Source: the human T2T-CHM13v2.0 reference genome, Homo sapiens. From it: a stretch of DNA of 64,000 nt. Shown piece by piece: positions 29,555 to 49,108 of this stretch (the stretch's first letter is position 1; every line of letters begins with the position of its first letter). The position numbers and the translations under genes are program-made. The DNA is taken from NCBI RefSeq assembly GCF_009914755.1, contig NC_060936.1; one strand, written 5' to 3'. Under the pieces are notes generated by a model. That model searched no databases. It saw nothing but the letters and a program-made list of their open reading frames with translations, and was not told where the DNA came from.

Positions 29555-29832
29555 AGAGGGAAAGAAAAAAAGAAAAGAAAAGAAAGAAGGAAAGAAAGAA
29601 AGAGAGAAAGAAAGAAGAAAAAAGAAAGAAGACAAAGGAGACAGGAAGGTGGAAGGAAGGAGGGAGGGAAGGAAGGAAGAAGGAGGGAGGAAAAAAAGAA
29701 GAAGAAAAAGAAAGAAAGAGAAAGAAAGAAAAGAAAGAAAGAAGGAGAAAGAGAAAGAAAGAGAAAGGAAAAGAAAGAGAAAGAAAGAAGATAGAAAAAG
29801 AAAGAAAGAAAAGAAACAGAAAGAGATAAAGA
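29555..29832. repeat. Polypurine GAAA/GGAA low-complexity tract
   Basis: About 280 nt that are almost all A/G on the + strand. Confidence 0.97.
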
Positions 29833-30100
29833 AATATACTCCTTGCTTGTACCTTTTACCTGTACAAATACAACTTCTTGGTAGAACCAACTCTCATCCT
29901 GACTCTCGGCTGCAAAGGCATATGGGAAGTGTCATTTTTAGATTTTCAGAATCTAGAGTAAGGCATGTCCACTTGGCAGAGGGTCAAAACATCCACCTCT
30001 GCTCCTGCTGAACAATGGGCACCACAGAAGAGCATATATTATTAAAGCCTTATTTTTTCCAAATTAATAATGAAAATGGCAGATGATTGTTCAATCTACT

Positions 30101-30600
30101 CTTTTATATTGTATATATTTATGGTGTACAACATGATATTTTGACATATACATTGTGGAGTGGCTAAATAAAGCTAATTACTATATACATTACTTCCCAT
30201 ACCATTTTTTTTTGTAGTGAAAACACTTAAAATCTGTCTTACAAATTTTCAAGTATACAATACATTGCTTTAACCATAATGACTATGTTGCACAATGGAC
30301 CTCTTGAACTTAGTTCTCCTGTCTACCTGAAATTTTGGTATCCTTTGACCAACATCTCCCCAGTCTCCCTCCCACAGCTTCTGGTGACCACCATTTTACT
30401 CTCTGCTCCTATTAATTTAACTTTTTTAGATTTCACACATGAGTAAGATTATGTAGTATTTCTTTTTCTATGTCTAGCTTATTTTACTCAAGATAATGCC
30501 CTCCGGATCATCCATGTTGGCGCAAATGTCAGGATTTCCTTTTTTTTTTTTTTAAGGGCGGGAGAGGATTCTATTATATATATGTACTCATTCTACTTAT
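30101..30600 (-). mobile_element. L1MA (MA7-9-like) 3' end
   Basis: tgtatatatttatggtgtacaacatgat...aaacacttaaaatct...ttttcaagtatacaataca. Confidence 0.85.
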
Positions 30601-33439
30601 ATAGCAGTAGATGAATCTCTCATCTATGTTGATTCTTTGATAATGAATATCGTCTTAAAATGATTGGTTCAAGTTTAGTACAAAATGTTGAGGCTCAGGT
30701 TGTATAAGACTTAGAAAAATCGATATAAATATTTTGTTTATGCTAGACATTAAATAGTATTTTTGGAATGTCTAAAAGCTCTATCTTTATAAAGAATTTC
30801 ATATTCTATTGATTCATTTTTTCCCTCTTAAAGTGAATGAATAAGCAATTTACTTTTTAATAGAGCAGCAATGCAGTTAGCACTTAATTTCTAAATAACT
30901 TGATCAAAACATTTTCCTTTCTCTGGCAGTTTCCTATATTTGAAAGAGAAATATTCAAGTAGCTGCATTATTACCTGTATCTGCCTTCATTTGTTTTTCA
31001 CCCAGGTAGTAACTAGGTTCGGGTCACTCTATTAAGCAACAGGGTGGGAAGTTGCTCTTGTAATCTTCATGATAGCAGAAATCTTGTCGGTCTTTTTCAC
31101 CACATTATAACCTGTACTAGGTAGCTGCTAAGTACCCAGTAGATACTCTATCAGAACTTTTGACTTAAAAAGTGAGATCCTGCTTTAAAATGGGTATATA
31201 CAAATAACATTAAAAAGAGAATGAGATGGAAAATGTGGAGCATGTATGAAATATGCAGGTAGCCAGCTTCGGGGTCTGGGTCACAACTCTTTATATTAAA
31301 CTTTAAAGACAACTCTGCTAAGTTCTACCTACTGGCAGAGCGAGTGTTGAAAAATCTTTCCCAGGTTTCGAGCAAGACTACAGGCAGATGAGTAAGGACA
31401 CTTGTAGAACTCATCTTGTAGTGTGTGTTCTGAAAATTGAGGAATTTTGAACAAAGAAATTACATTTGCTTTAGAGTGGGGGGAAATAAGCCTATTTAGA
31501 AAAAAATAGAAGGTTATATATAATTTGACATTGATTTCTTAATGTAACAAGCAAGAAAGTTTTAGAAGGCTGTTCACCATGGAACTTAAAATTTTGAATC
31601 TTACAATAAAATGCATAAACAAAATAACCTAATTAATGTTAACATAATAGACAGGAAATCAAATAAACTTGCACTGTAAACATTGATTTTTAAATAAAAT
31701 TTGCATTTCATTGTTGAAGCTTGATCATTCTGTCTTAAATACTTTGCCTAAAAAATGGAGTAGACTACTACCAGGTAAGACAGAAGGCTTTGTGTGTTTA
31801 AATTTTAGACATAGGACATAGCCATGAAAAAAGTAAATTTTAGAAGAAGTTTAATTGTTCTCTGGATTTTATTTTAATTAAAAGTGCTACTAAAATAGGT
31901 AAGCGTACATGTTAAGCAAGGAAAGATAAATTATTGAAGAACATATTTTCAAAGGAAACAAAGTACAAGGTACATTTTTGTACCCTTTCTTGTTAATGAA
32001 TAATGACTATCAAACTGTTCTAACCTTAATCTTTGAGTTTTATCAAGATTAGATTGTTCCTTTTCAACCCAGTCCAGCTCTCATAAGTCCTCCTGAAAAA
32101 TGTATGAGCCTACTTTAATGTGTGGTAAGAGATTTGTAGATCCAAAATGTTTCAATTTTTGAAGGGACTATTTTTCTTAAATAGTGGCTCATTTTAGGAA
32201 TTAATTTAAAGAGATTTTTAAGGGTTTAGCATAAATGTATTTGGAAAAAATCACTACATGTAAAGTTATTTTTAAAGTCATCTATCTCCCCAGAGTTCCA
32301 AAGCTAAGAATTGCAGCTCAGGTTATTATTAAAATATAAAGGTATGATTGTTTTCCTGTGTGACATCACCCTCCACTTCTAGGTCAAGCTCCCATTTTTC
32401 TGTGACCTCTCACACCTTTGTAGCTTTAGAACAGAAGGGGTACAAGGGTCAGGGGATGGTGTTGTACAATTGTGAACCTTCAATACTATAAATATCTTTC
32501 CATGAGTAGCCCTGAAAGTGATATAATTCTCAACTTTCTCTTCTCTACCCTTCCATGTAAGAAATCATTCTTACAGAAAACTACTATAAATCTAAAAAGA
32601 AGAAAAAAGAAGAGAAAAAAACAGCAACAACAAAAGGATCCTACGACATATTTTGGAAACAAGAGTAATCCAATTTATTTTTATTTCCTAAAACTTTCTC
32701 CCAGTAAAGCAGGCCTACTTCTGGCAGATCCTATTTTACCTGGATTTAATTATATAATTTCTTGTGTTGTCTCAGAGTCTCCACACATTGTTCAATTTCA
32801 AGAGCAGTATACCAAAACAATAAACCACCCACATCTACTTGCTAATCTTATAAATATTGTTTTATTTTGCTGTTCCTTTTCAGATGTTATTAAAAATATT
32901 TAAATTGAAATTTACTATGCATCCTAAGGCTAAACTAAAAATTAATATCTTTCTAAATTAGAAAAAAATGAACTTATTAAATTCTAATTAAATAAAGAAA
33001 ATACCTCGATAGGTGAAACTCACAGAATGGCTAGAATACCTTTTTCAAGGGCTCACCTCTGCTCCTGCAAATTGAGACCACTGGTTTCACCACATCCAAC
33101 CACCTCCACGTTTAAATGCATAATAACCTTAGCTGTAATTTGAGGGGAAATATGCCCACCTTACACATTTTTAAAAAATATATTTTCGTTTGTATATTGC
33201 TGATCAGTATCTTTGGCCCGAATTCTGTTTAGCACAGAGAAGCTAATTTATGGTTGGGTTTTTGGCTTAAATCCTCTATTCATTATGTCAATGCAAACCT
33301 TTTTTCTTTTTTTTTCCATATAACCCTTCAGGGTTTGATGGAAAATAGATTTCCAAACACGCCCAACCTGCCAAACAGGAATAAAAGCTTCCAGTGGAAG
33401 CATCACGTTCCCTTGAAATAGAAGTGTTTTAGCTTGTGT

Positions 33440-33503
33440 GAGCGTATTTGACTCTTGAAAAGAAATGAGATCGTGTTTCATTTCAGGAAGATATATGCGT
33501 CAG
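33440..33503 (+). other. PIK3C2G: Probable non-coding first exon (start approximate)
   Basis: Strong donor CAG|gtaaga at 33503/33504 in non-repetitive sequence. The acceptor at 53932 requires an upstream exon. The TSS cannot be read from sequence. Confidence 0.65.
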
Positions 33504-35299
33504 GTAAGAAACTAAAACAAATAAACTTCCTATACTTAACTACATAGCATGATATTTCGACTCAAATATATTATTGAGGCAAAATAGCTCTTTAATTATA
33601 CTGTGATACAAAAATGGTAGATGAATTTAAAATCAGAGTGAGTTTGTGCCATATTTTGAAACAGAGATATCCAGCTTGTAAATATTCCCCAAAATCTACA
33701 ACCAGAAGATAGATCTTTCCTGAATAAACTTATTCTTTCTCTCTTTCCCCCCTCCCTCTGCCTCTTTCTTTCTCTCTCTCTCCAGCTAGCTGACACCACA
33801 GATTGCATTTGATAACATACCATTTCATCAGAGCCTTGAGCTAATTATTTCATTCATGTCTACTGGTAGATTTTTCTTAGTGTACACTTTTAGTGTCTTG
33901 AATCTCGTGCCACTAGCCTGTAGACGGCATCCCCATGATGGCTCCCAGAGGAAATTCTTGTTAAATGGAAGGTGGAATTTCTTAACATATGGGATCCAAA
34001 CTAGAAGCAACTCCTGCTAGGGAGAAGCTCTGTTCTATTTCCATTTCCTCCCTCTGTGCTGCGGTCCGTCTCTGCTGTTTGCCTACCTCTTTATTCGTAG
34101 CTCACTGAGGCCAATGTGAACCTATTGTGTGTCCCAGTTGCCCCCTTATGTTCTTGTCTGATGAACAATTCTATTTCTGAAGCTTAGGATTAAAGTTAGA
34201 GATAAGATATACCCCATTCTTTCAAACTAATCATAATATATAACTTGTACATAGTGATCACCTTTTTAAATGCATTAGCTAATGTAATTATTGCATCTTA
34301 GGAAACAGACTCAGAGAGCGAGGTTAAAGAACACATACCCCTCATGTCATTAATAATGTTATTAAGAGCTTGGATTTTAATCAAGGTTTTCTTATTCCAA
34401 CTCAAGGGCTCTTTCCATGACATGTTATTTATTCTCCACGCATGTCTATCTGCCATCTGAACCAGATAAAAAGCAAGTTTGTGAATTGAGCATAAGAAAA
34501 TAGTGAGCATAAGAAAATAGCTAACCATGAGTGAGCTGACAAAAAAAAAAAAAAAGACAACTTCTACCTCCTATAGAAAAGGTTCATAGTAGGTGAGTCT
34601 TCACTGATTCATTAAATAAGCAAGATCCTGTGATGCCATTGTGAACCCCAAGGCTATGATTTCACTTTTTCTTCTGCCTGAGCTGGAATCATTTTGGTCG
34701 TGAGGAAGCCCTCTTCAAGTAAGCAAAACATGGTACAATTCTCTCAGAGCTTAGGAAGAAAACGTGATGAAGTAATCATTTCCAATCTAGAAAAGCATTG
34801 TATTGTATTTCTAACTAAATTCTTGCTATTTTCCAAATGTATGATCTGATGAAATGTTATACAGATAATCATAGCAAAATATGATTAAATTGTTTAGGCA
34901 TAAATCCATTTTAACTGTTATCAGTTCTTAGCAATAGACCTTTTATGACAAAACTCTTGCATTTTAAATTATTATGATTTATTTTTCTGTTGGCTGAAAT
35001 ATTTTCAAGAGTTTTTCAGCTATAAAATAAGAGTGATGTGTATCTTTGAATTTCTTATGCAAAAATATGTATTTTTCTTGGCAACCTTATTTTTTATCTC
35101 AAAGTTTTTCTAATTTTATTGTGGTTTTTCACTGTGCAAGTTATTTAAAAATGTTTTTTAAGTTTAAAAACATGAGTTCTGTAAGTTATCTTATTTTTAC
35201 TGATTTTGACTACATTGGGGACAGAGAAAACAGTCTGTACAATACTGACTTTGAATTATATTAAAATTAGCCAAATATATGATCATTTCTCATAAGCCA

Positions 35300-36560
35300 T
35301 CTTGTCCTTATAAAGGTATAAATTCCAATACTGGATACAGTATCTTATATATGTTCATTGAATTAAGCTTGTTAATTGTATATTTTTGACTGATCACTCT
35401 ACAAATGATGTGAGATTACTATTACTTCCATTATAAATGTGGCTATATCAGTTTCTCCTTGTAGCAGTATAAACTGTTGCCATTTAAATTTCAAATGAAT
35501 TATTTTTAAGTATAAATCTGTGATATGCACCTGGTGAATTGACTCTTTACCTTATAAAGTGTTATTCTTTACCTCCTGAATTACTTTTTCCAATAGGTTC
35601 GTTTTGTCTTTTCAATGTAATGACATCAGTTTTTTGTTGTTGTCGATATTATTACAAATTGCCTGTGATACCTTTTTCGTCTTTTAAATTTTAAGCAATA
35701 CTTATCCTTTAAATTCTGGTATATCTGTAACAAATCTCATTTAGCTTTTTTTCTTAATAAAATGTAACAATCTATAGATTTTATATGACATAACCAGACA
35801 ATTCACATTTATGTGTTTCTGATATATACCTTTTCATTTCTTCATCTTAGAGAACATTTATATTTGTGCTTCAGCTGAAGATAGGACAAGGCAATTGTTT
35901 GTCTCCAGCTGATTGAAATCAGTGCCACCCTTTTCTCATCTTCTCACTTACGGAACTTCTCCCAACTTGATTGATGTTTGTTGTTTTTGTTGTTGTTTTC
36001 ATTCTTTGCTTCCTACCGGTAGAAAATATACCCTCTATTATCTGAATATACATGTATTATCTAAAAATTTAACATGTATTCTTCAAAAATCAAAATTTAT
36101 ATCTGTACTTTCTCAATAGAAAATGTTTTTTAAGTTGGATTGCTCAACCCCAACTTACATAGTATTATAGTCTAGTATTTCATTATATCTTACTTATTTT
36201 GCTTTCCAGATTAGAAATTGTTATTATTGTTTATATAGTCAACGTTAGTCCAGAATTATCCACGTATTTACTATCATGTTCACTCACCTCCCCTTCTGGT
36301 ATTTTTCAGACCTTCCCTGGGATAATTTTCCTTCTACTCTTAAGCACATTCTTTAAAAATTTCCATTAATGGTAATGTCCTAGAGATAAACAGGTTATGA
36401 GAACACATTTTTACTTTGTTCTGCTTTTCAAAATGCTGTTTTGTTGAGTATTGGCTTATATTCTTCATATTTCCACCTCCCGCCGAGATCACGTTGGCTT
36501 CCTCCTTTGTTGTGATATTTTTTGCTTAGGTTCCATTATGATTACTTTCTTGGTATTGTG
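35300..36560 (-). mobile_element. Old L1M fragments
   Basis: Degraded antisense L1-like T-rich sequence; edges approximate. Confidence 0.5.
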
Positions 36561-37650
36561 CATCTTTGAATAGGAGTAATTTTTTTTTTTCTGGAGACAG
36601 CTACTTTTTGGAATATTGTATGTGAGAACAAAAGAAGAAAATCAGCTGTGTGAGCAGACAGGCTGAATTCTGATCTATTTTTCTGAATACTTTCTCATCA
36701 ACACTCAACCTTTTGAGAAAACTCTCTCTGGGCGTGGGGAGAAAAACCATCTACCTGGCTCACAGTGCATAGTGTCTTCTGTAGATTGAGATCAGCATCA
36801 CCACTCTTTTCTCCTCTGTCTTACCAGACTAATAACCCACTGTAGAAGCCTGCATGGGGCATCTGAACATTTGCTCACTCAGCAAGCCTTTTCCTCAATG
36901 ATTTTGAGAATTCTCTTTCTTAGAGTCTTCATGATAACATTCTCTTCTCATAGTACTGAAATAATTTTATAAGCATCAGCTTGATTATTTCATGGTTGTG
37001 TGTGTTTCTATATTTTTGTGTATACATGTGCGTGGCTATTTATTCAAACTCCAAGGAGAAAAACCTTCTCCAGAATAATTAGTGGCAAATTTTTCTTTAA
37101 TCTGTACTTCTGCCACTTGGGCTCTGGTTAAATCCCCTTCTCAAATATGTCCTTGATACTTGGTTTCTGATGTGAGAAAATTATTTTTCACATTTTAGGT
37201 ATGTTCATTTATGCTTCATCATTTAAGGAATCATGAATAAATACAAAATTAAATGCAAAACAAATGTTTTTGTATGATTTATTGATAAACAAAAGGATTC
37301 AATCTTTAGCAGATGGAAAAGCTAAATATATATAGTATAAATGTAAAGTTACTATTAGTTAATAAATTGAGCTGGTTATAAAATTCCAGAAGCCTCCATT
37401 AATTCATCTTAAAACACACACTTTTACCTGATTCATAAATGCCTATATCTATTATAACTTATGTAAAAATTTCAATAAAATGGTCTTGATGCTTTTAGCC
37501 TACAGTTTTCTGTTACTAATATTGCCTCTCTTGCTTCATTTTGCATGTCTCTGTGTGTGTGTCTGTGTAGGTGTGTATGTTTGAGTAATATATTTGGTAA
37601 TACTTTTAACTTTGCTTTAAATTTTTTATGTGTTTCTGTTACAAAAACTA

Positions 37651-37980
<330 letters not shown>

Positions 37981-38692
37981 TTATATTTGCATAATGTTCT
38001 TAATCCTATTAACTGCTTATATTTGTCATCATTAGATGTCAGTGATCCTACAGGGCCCATTCTGTTTGCTATTCTTAAAACATACTTTTAATTTCCTATA
38101 TTCCTGCTGAATATAATGTAAATGTTATCACATTTTGATTCCTCTAGTGTTTTGGAAAATACGGATGGTATTTTTCTCCAACTAATAGTTCTATAATACT
38201 TAATAACTCTATATATACAAACAAATATATATGAACTTTTAAAAAAGCATTGATAGAAACAAAACAGCATATTTTATCCCCTTTCCTCTTGTAAGACAGA
38301 ACACTTAACATGCCTTTCAGTTTTAGTTGAAATATAATCTAAGACTCCACCTTGCTCATTAATACGGAGTAAATTTTGAAATTATTAAAATATATTTGCA
38401 ATCATTATTTAGACCTAGTCAATGTTAACTGGTTTTTAAAGAGTTACTATTAGTTCCCTATTATTGAGTTCTTATTTTGATTAAAATTTTGTGGCCGGAT
38501 GCATGTTACTCATTAGAAGTGCACAAAGGTTTGTGAGCACTTACATATGTTCAAATATGTTTTAGCTGCTCTCACATACAAAAGACAAACTGAATGTTTG
38601 GTATAGAACATATTTACTTTAGAACTATGTAGACATAGTTCCATTATCTTAAGGCAGTTTGTCTTTACAAGTAAACTGTATGTCCAGATAGA

Positions 38693-38793
38693 TTTTTCTT
38701 TCTTCTCCTCCTTTTTCTTCCTCCTCTCGTCCTCTCTCCCTCCCTCCCTTCTTCCTCCTCCTCCTCATTCTCTTCTTTTTCTTCATTTTTTTC
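38693..38793. repeat. CT-rich low-complexity tract
   Basis: Degenerate (CCT/TCT)n. Confidence 0.85.
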
Positions 38794-40842
38794 ATGTTGG
38801 GTAAATGCTTCATTTTTAAAATATCACAATACACATATATTTTCTGGTTATGTATATATGTACCATATACATATGCAGATGTAATATGCATATTCAGGGT
38901 TTTCTTTTTTTGCCATCTTCAATGTTGGTTGTTTCTACTTTTTCTGATTTATTTTTAGGATTTCCATAATACAGTGATAGTTCTCTCCTTTCTATGAATG
39001 TTACAATTGTAGTATCACATCTTATACTTTCTCTCACTTGTTCCTCTTATTCTGTATTCATAGTATTTCTCAATTTTTAATTCAAAATTTAGTTTTCTGA
39101 TGTATCAATTCTGCTTTAAGGAATATTTTAAATATGTGACTGAATTTTCAGTTTCTTCACATCTCAGTATCTCATTAAGCTCCATTTTATTGGCATCTCT
39201 CTCTTACCCAATTTCTTCTTTTTTTCATTTTGTTTTGCTACTTTTTAATTTTATAGATTATTTAATAGAACACATGATTTCTTAATTTTATAGATCACAT
39301 ATAACTACTGTTTTTATAATAATTACTTCGTTATACATAGCATATATTTTTCAGAAGTAAGATCTTCTTTTATGTCTTGATAAGCATTCACTTTATTTCT
39401 TGCAGAATATTTGCACATCTATATTAACACATTTTTCCCAATTACTCGTCCTTTGAATTCTCTCCGTTGATGACTCATAAATAATGTCTGCAGCTTATCT
39501 TGCCTGGTTCCTCTCATTATTGACCTGTTAGAGCATGTTTCTCAGATTTTCAACTAAAGGGATGGTAAATATGAACAGACTTCATCTGATTTCTGGTCAC
39601 TAGCAGTCACTTAATTTCCCTAAATTCTGGACTTCATCTATATTGCTTTCATGTCCAATTGACTATTTTGAGAAGGTATACGTATCTAGGTAATTCTAGC
39701 CAATATATAGTTCTTCTTTTGCCAGAAGTGGACTGTTTTTGTACTTTCTCATGGTATTCTTTGTATCCCAAACATTCATCCCCCGTTCCTACATAAGGCA
39801 AAACAAATGCACAGTCACCATAGATGCGACATTTTGCATTAATGCAAATTTTAGTCTTAGAACGCATGTAGAAAGCTAAGTGGCCATGTGGCCCTCGTTG
39901 CTACTGAAAGGTGTTGCTGTGCAACAGATCAACCTTTTTAGGGCGGTGGAGGGAATTGATCCGACCCTATATCTCCCAATTCAGCAGTAGCAGGAAAATG
40001 AACCATTTCTTTACCATTTTTTCAGGCTGGGATATTTATTCTCCTCCAGATACAAAGCAAGTGCCAGCCAGTACGTGTGGATTTTTTCCTTCCATTTCTG
40101 TTTAATCTGTTTTGACTTACATATGATAAAAATTTAGTTGACTGAATGGATGTGAGTCTTTGTGGCTGGTAATGCTATATTAAATGAATTTTTTTGTTTG
40201 CTTATTCAATTCATAAAATATTTGCTTAATTTTTTGAGTTATGTTACCAGCCAGATACCATTCTACAGCAAGTCAACTGTATTGATGCTAAGAACCTTGA
40301 TTTTTATTGTTATTATTATTATTATTATTCTAAGATTAGAGATATCATTAAGGATATTATTTCCCGAAACCACAGTCTATTTGACCAGCTTTTAATTTCA
40401 TAATTTGTAACCTTTTTCAAGTTTTTACAAAGTTTTCTGCATTTTTCTACCTATCTGTTCTTTCATTCAGCCTTCCCATACTAATTCATTTAACTCTTAG
40501 ACTACATTGATTTTTAGATGAATTCCCACTGTTGTGCCTCCTATGCAGTGAATCATATGACATAATTCAGATACTTGTTTTAAATAGTGAAAATAAAATG
40601 TGACTATTCAAACAGTGCATATTAGCCATATTTTAAAAAATAATTTTATGTGGTATTTATCATTGTGTGTGCTGTGTTCTCAGAAGCATTAAAATTACCA
40701 GTGTATTCAACTTACCATTGGTTTTACCTACATTTGCCTTCCAAAAAATTTCTAGATCTTTCTCTAAATCATATTCTTATCAAATATATCATTCACCATA
40801 ACAATAACTTTGTCAAAGATTCAGTCAAAACTTAGATTTCTT

Positions 40843-41132
40843 TCTTTTTTTTTTTAAACGAGTCTCACTCTGTCACTCAGGCTGGAGTGCAGTGGTGCAT
40901 ATCAGTGCTCCAACCTCCACCTCCTGGGTCAAACAATTCTCATGCCTCAGCCTCCCAGGTAGCTGGGATTACAGCCGTGCACCAACACACCTGGCAAATT
41001 TTTTTATTTTTAGTAGAGATGGGATTTTGTCGTGTTGGCCAGGCTGATCTTGAACTCCTGGCCTCAAGTCTATCCTCCTGCCTCGGCCTCCCAAAGTGCT
41101 GGTATTATAGGCATAAGCCACTGTGCCAGCTG
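40843..41132 (-). mobile_element. Older Alu (Jb/Sz6-like)
   Basis: ctcatgcctcagcc, ctggcctcaag; TSD aaacttagatttctt. Confidence 0.92.
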
Positions 41133-41770
41133 AAACTTAGATTTCTTAAGAACCTATATCCTCATGCTAACAATTACATTAATATTAAACATCATTAAGT
41201 AGGTATCTGTTCATATTTTTTATATTTTGCATAATTAATTCACCTATAATTTTTTTTTTGGTGAAGAACATCCACATGTTTCTAGCCACTAGAACAGCAA
41301 TAGATACATTGGGGTATATGTAGTTTCTCTCCCCTCTCCTGCATCTGGGCAGAGGGCAGTAATGAAACATTATCTCCCCTAGGTTTTCCTCACCCATGCA
41401 AGTCTTCTCAAACCATGTCCTGTAAAGTGACTACCATGTAAGGAGATTTCATTTAAGAGCTAAAACTATTTACCACTTTGGTTTCAGAACAATATTAGAG
41501 TTTTGCAAAGAAGAAACTGTTATGGAATTATTTTTTTCTGCTACTTACTTCCATTCACAGTCAAATACTCATAAAAACAAGGGTAATCTTTTGCATGAGT
41601 GGAAAATTTTGCTGCATTACATTGGTAACTAACAATAATGCTTACGCAAAATGGAAATAAAGATGACAATACACATTATTTTATTATTATCAGTTAAAAT
41701 ACATAGAATCAGTTAAATAAAATAGACAAAAATTAATGGATTACAGGATACATCCAAATAGCAATTATAA

Positions 41771-42160
<390 letters not shown>

Positions 42161-43299
42161 TAACACTATGGAAGGCAGTTATTAATATCTCTATTTTTAT
42201 TAATAACAAATTTGAGATGTTAGAAATGTTTACTAATTTACTCAGAGTCATGCAGCTATTAATGAAGAGTGAAGATAAAACTCTCTTGAGCCCATCTTTT
42301 TTTTTTCTCTCTCATTAACCCCTGTTACCTTTGACTAAATGGTGCTGAAATTCTCCTTTAGTTTTGTAGAGTTATGCTGAACTTAGGGAATAACATTAAA
42401 TGTGGCCCAAGGACTACTACTGTTTTCCAGGAAAATATGCAGTGTCTTAGTTCCCAAGTGAGGTAAAACTTATCAGTTAAACCAGTCCCAATGTTTATTG
42501 GACCAGTATTCTATAAAATGTAGGCTAGCTATACAATGATTTATAGTTTTACTCTAATTCTAGACAACTTAAAATAACAGAAAACAGTCTATTGTGGGTA
42601 CTTTATGGTTAAAAGATATAATGCTTTATAAATATAAATCCTCTTAAGGAATAGTTTCATATTCTAAAAATGTAACTTTGACATGCCTGAAGTTGTTTAC
42701 TAACATACCAACTCCTTCTATTATTAAAATATATAAATTTTAAAAGGTATTTAAATTAAAACTATAATTTTACGAACTACATCTGAATTGATTAATATTT
42801 TTTCTCATAAAAGCAAGAAGAGTGACAGTATCTCAATTTGTAAAATATACAGTGGGACACATTCTTTCACTTGAGATTTAATCTATGCAAGATGTTTTGC
42901 TGATTTTTTTAGGCTTCCTTTACCCTCTTTTTGTAAGGAAGACTTGGCTCTCCCTTAGGACTCTGTTCTTTTGTGACACTCTAGGGGAAGCTGTTCATAG
43001 TCCCATGCCCCTCATACCAAGGAATAGGAGACAGGCCCACCACATTCTTCTATATGGCTGTTGACTACCAGGCCCCTCCTTTTCAACACAGCATAAAATT
43101 CCATTCCTTAGAGTCCCCAGACATCCTTCGCTACTGCCCCATGTCTCTTCTACTTGCTGACCTCCTCTGACCTTGTTCCTCCGCATCTGTTAGAGACTTT
43201 CCTGCTAGTTACACTTGGCTCAGCATTTTCATTTCACACTCTAACTCCAGGCTTCCCAGAGAACTTCAAAGCCATTCAATCATGATTTTTCTAAATAAG

Positions 43300-43530
43300 G
43301 TCATTTATTCCTTTTAGTAATAAAATACTCATGTTTTTCCCTAGGCCCATGGCAAACAAAATAAGAGACTGCGTTTCCAGCCTTCCTGTTGTTATACATT
43401 CAGGGCAATGAGATGTGAGCAGAAGTGATATATGCAGGTCTCATCAGGTCCTTAAAAGGAAGCAGCTTGCTTTTCACTTATTTTCCTCTTACCAGGGCCA
43501 CAAGTGGACAAAGTGAGATGGCAGTGGCTT
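43300..43530 (+). mobile_element. MLT1 fragment
   Basis: tttccagccttcc...caatgagatgtgagcagaagtgat...ccttaaaagg. Confidence 0.6.
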
Positions 43531-43804
43531 ATTATTTTTCTCCTACCTCTCAGACTATTCTGTACTTTTCTTTTTGGGGTCAATCCATTATATACTGATT
43601 GTCTCTTATACTGAGATTTTATTCTCATATTGATATCTCTTCTTAATCTCTTAACCGTCTTTAAAAAAGACTTATGGAATAAACCATAAGATATGTCACC
43701 TCAATTCAAGACCCACATGTAATAACTGCTTATTCGGCATCTTCACATAGATTTTGTACAAGTCCTTCAGTTTCATACATCCAATGAATCATGCTACCTA
43801 ATAC

Positions 43805-47190
<3,386 letters not shown>

Positions 47191-47310
47191 TTTTCACTGC
47201 TGTGACTCATGACCTAGTACTTTGTAACAAAGTGCCTTCTCATGTCTTCACCTTTCTTCATTCACTTCATCTTTCTCCTTTTATATTCCACATCTTTTTT
47301 ATCCTCTTAA

Positions 47311-47778
<468 letters not shown>

Positions 47779-49075
47779 TGAAATCTTACCCACTCACTTT
47801 GACACACTGAAATCTTCTTTTCCTAATGACATTGCTCACAGTTGTAATGTAAAAAAATTTATCTGAGCAGCAAATAAATTATTGAAAATAATTTTCCAGT
47901 CCTCTAATTCATTACTAAAAGAACACTCAGTAAAACAATATTTAAACAGAGGAAGGGGATCTGCATATTTGTTGCAGTAGACAAAGAAAACAGCAGCTAC
48001 ATCTTCTGATCAGTAAGCGTTCTCATTGTCCTGGAATTCTCTTCAGGTTAGATTTGTCTGATAATAATTGAATCATTATTGTTTCTTCCTCAAATGCCAC
48101 TAGGTTGTACTCATGCAGCCCCCAGCAAGTGTCATATTTCAAAGGCTATCAGGATTCAGTCTGTGGGTTTCCTTCACTCTCCATGTCTTTCCCTGAAGCA
48201 AGCTTTATTCCCACAAATCATTTACCCCAAAGTTGTTATGTGAAAATAGGAGGCTAACTTTTTATTGTCTTATTTACTCCTGAGACACACTCAGAGGCAT
48301 TGAATGAATTACTGATTCAACTGCTTTATTATATTTAAGGTTGAAAATGTAACAACGCTTAGGAATCAAAACATTCTTGAAACCAGGTCTCAAGATCCTG
48401 CACAAAATTATCTTTGACATATTGCACATTCTAAACAAAAACATACCCAATATATAAACCTCAAATACGTTCTTCATGAATTTTACTTTTGCTTTTTCCA
48501 AGGCAAAATAAGCTTAATAATATTCTATATAAAATCCTACAAATAAAATGGAGCCTGTGTGTATTAAAGTTATTCCTATATTGTACTGTAATATAAATTT
48601 TTGTCTATGACCTACTTGAAGGCCAGAGCTGTATTTTATAGTTTTTGTATTCATTTTTGTATTACAAGTGTTTTGTACAGTGCTTGACATATATACTTAA
48701 AAACAGCTACTGAATAAACAAATGTGCAAATGAGTAATAGGTGTGTGAATAAATAAATGTATTTATTAAAGTCAATATCTCTCAAAAATGAGAATAAATG
48801 ATGGCTTTGAATTTTCCATATGCAAGAATCTTTAGGCAGTTTAATGGGAAGTGAAACTTCTATAAGATTATAGGTGAATAAGAAAACATCAATTGTTCGC
48901 ATAAAAGGGCAGCTAATCAAGACTGTGTAAAGATTAATGTTTTCCCCAAGCACCTCTTGTCTTCACTTAAATAAAAATAGTATCAGAGCTTATGTAAATA
49001 GTAAAATGTTTACCTTATCACTCGATTCCAAATTAGAAATGAGAAAAGTGAGATAATGTAAATAATAAAAGATAA

Positions 49076-49108
49076 ATCTATCTATCTATCTACCTATCTG
49101 TCTATCTA
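49076..49108. repeat. (TCTA)n imperfect tetranucleotide repeat
   Basis: atctatctatctatctacctatctgtctatcta. Confidence 0.85.

Noticed and set aside
29459-30011. Long ORFs of 143, 171 and 95 aa, K/E/R-rich or F/S/L-rich
   Set aside because: They arise from the stop-free polypurine tract; no exon signals.
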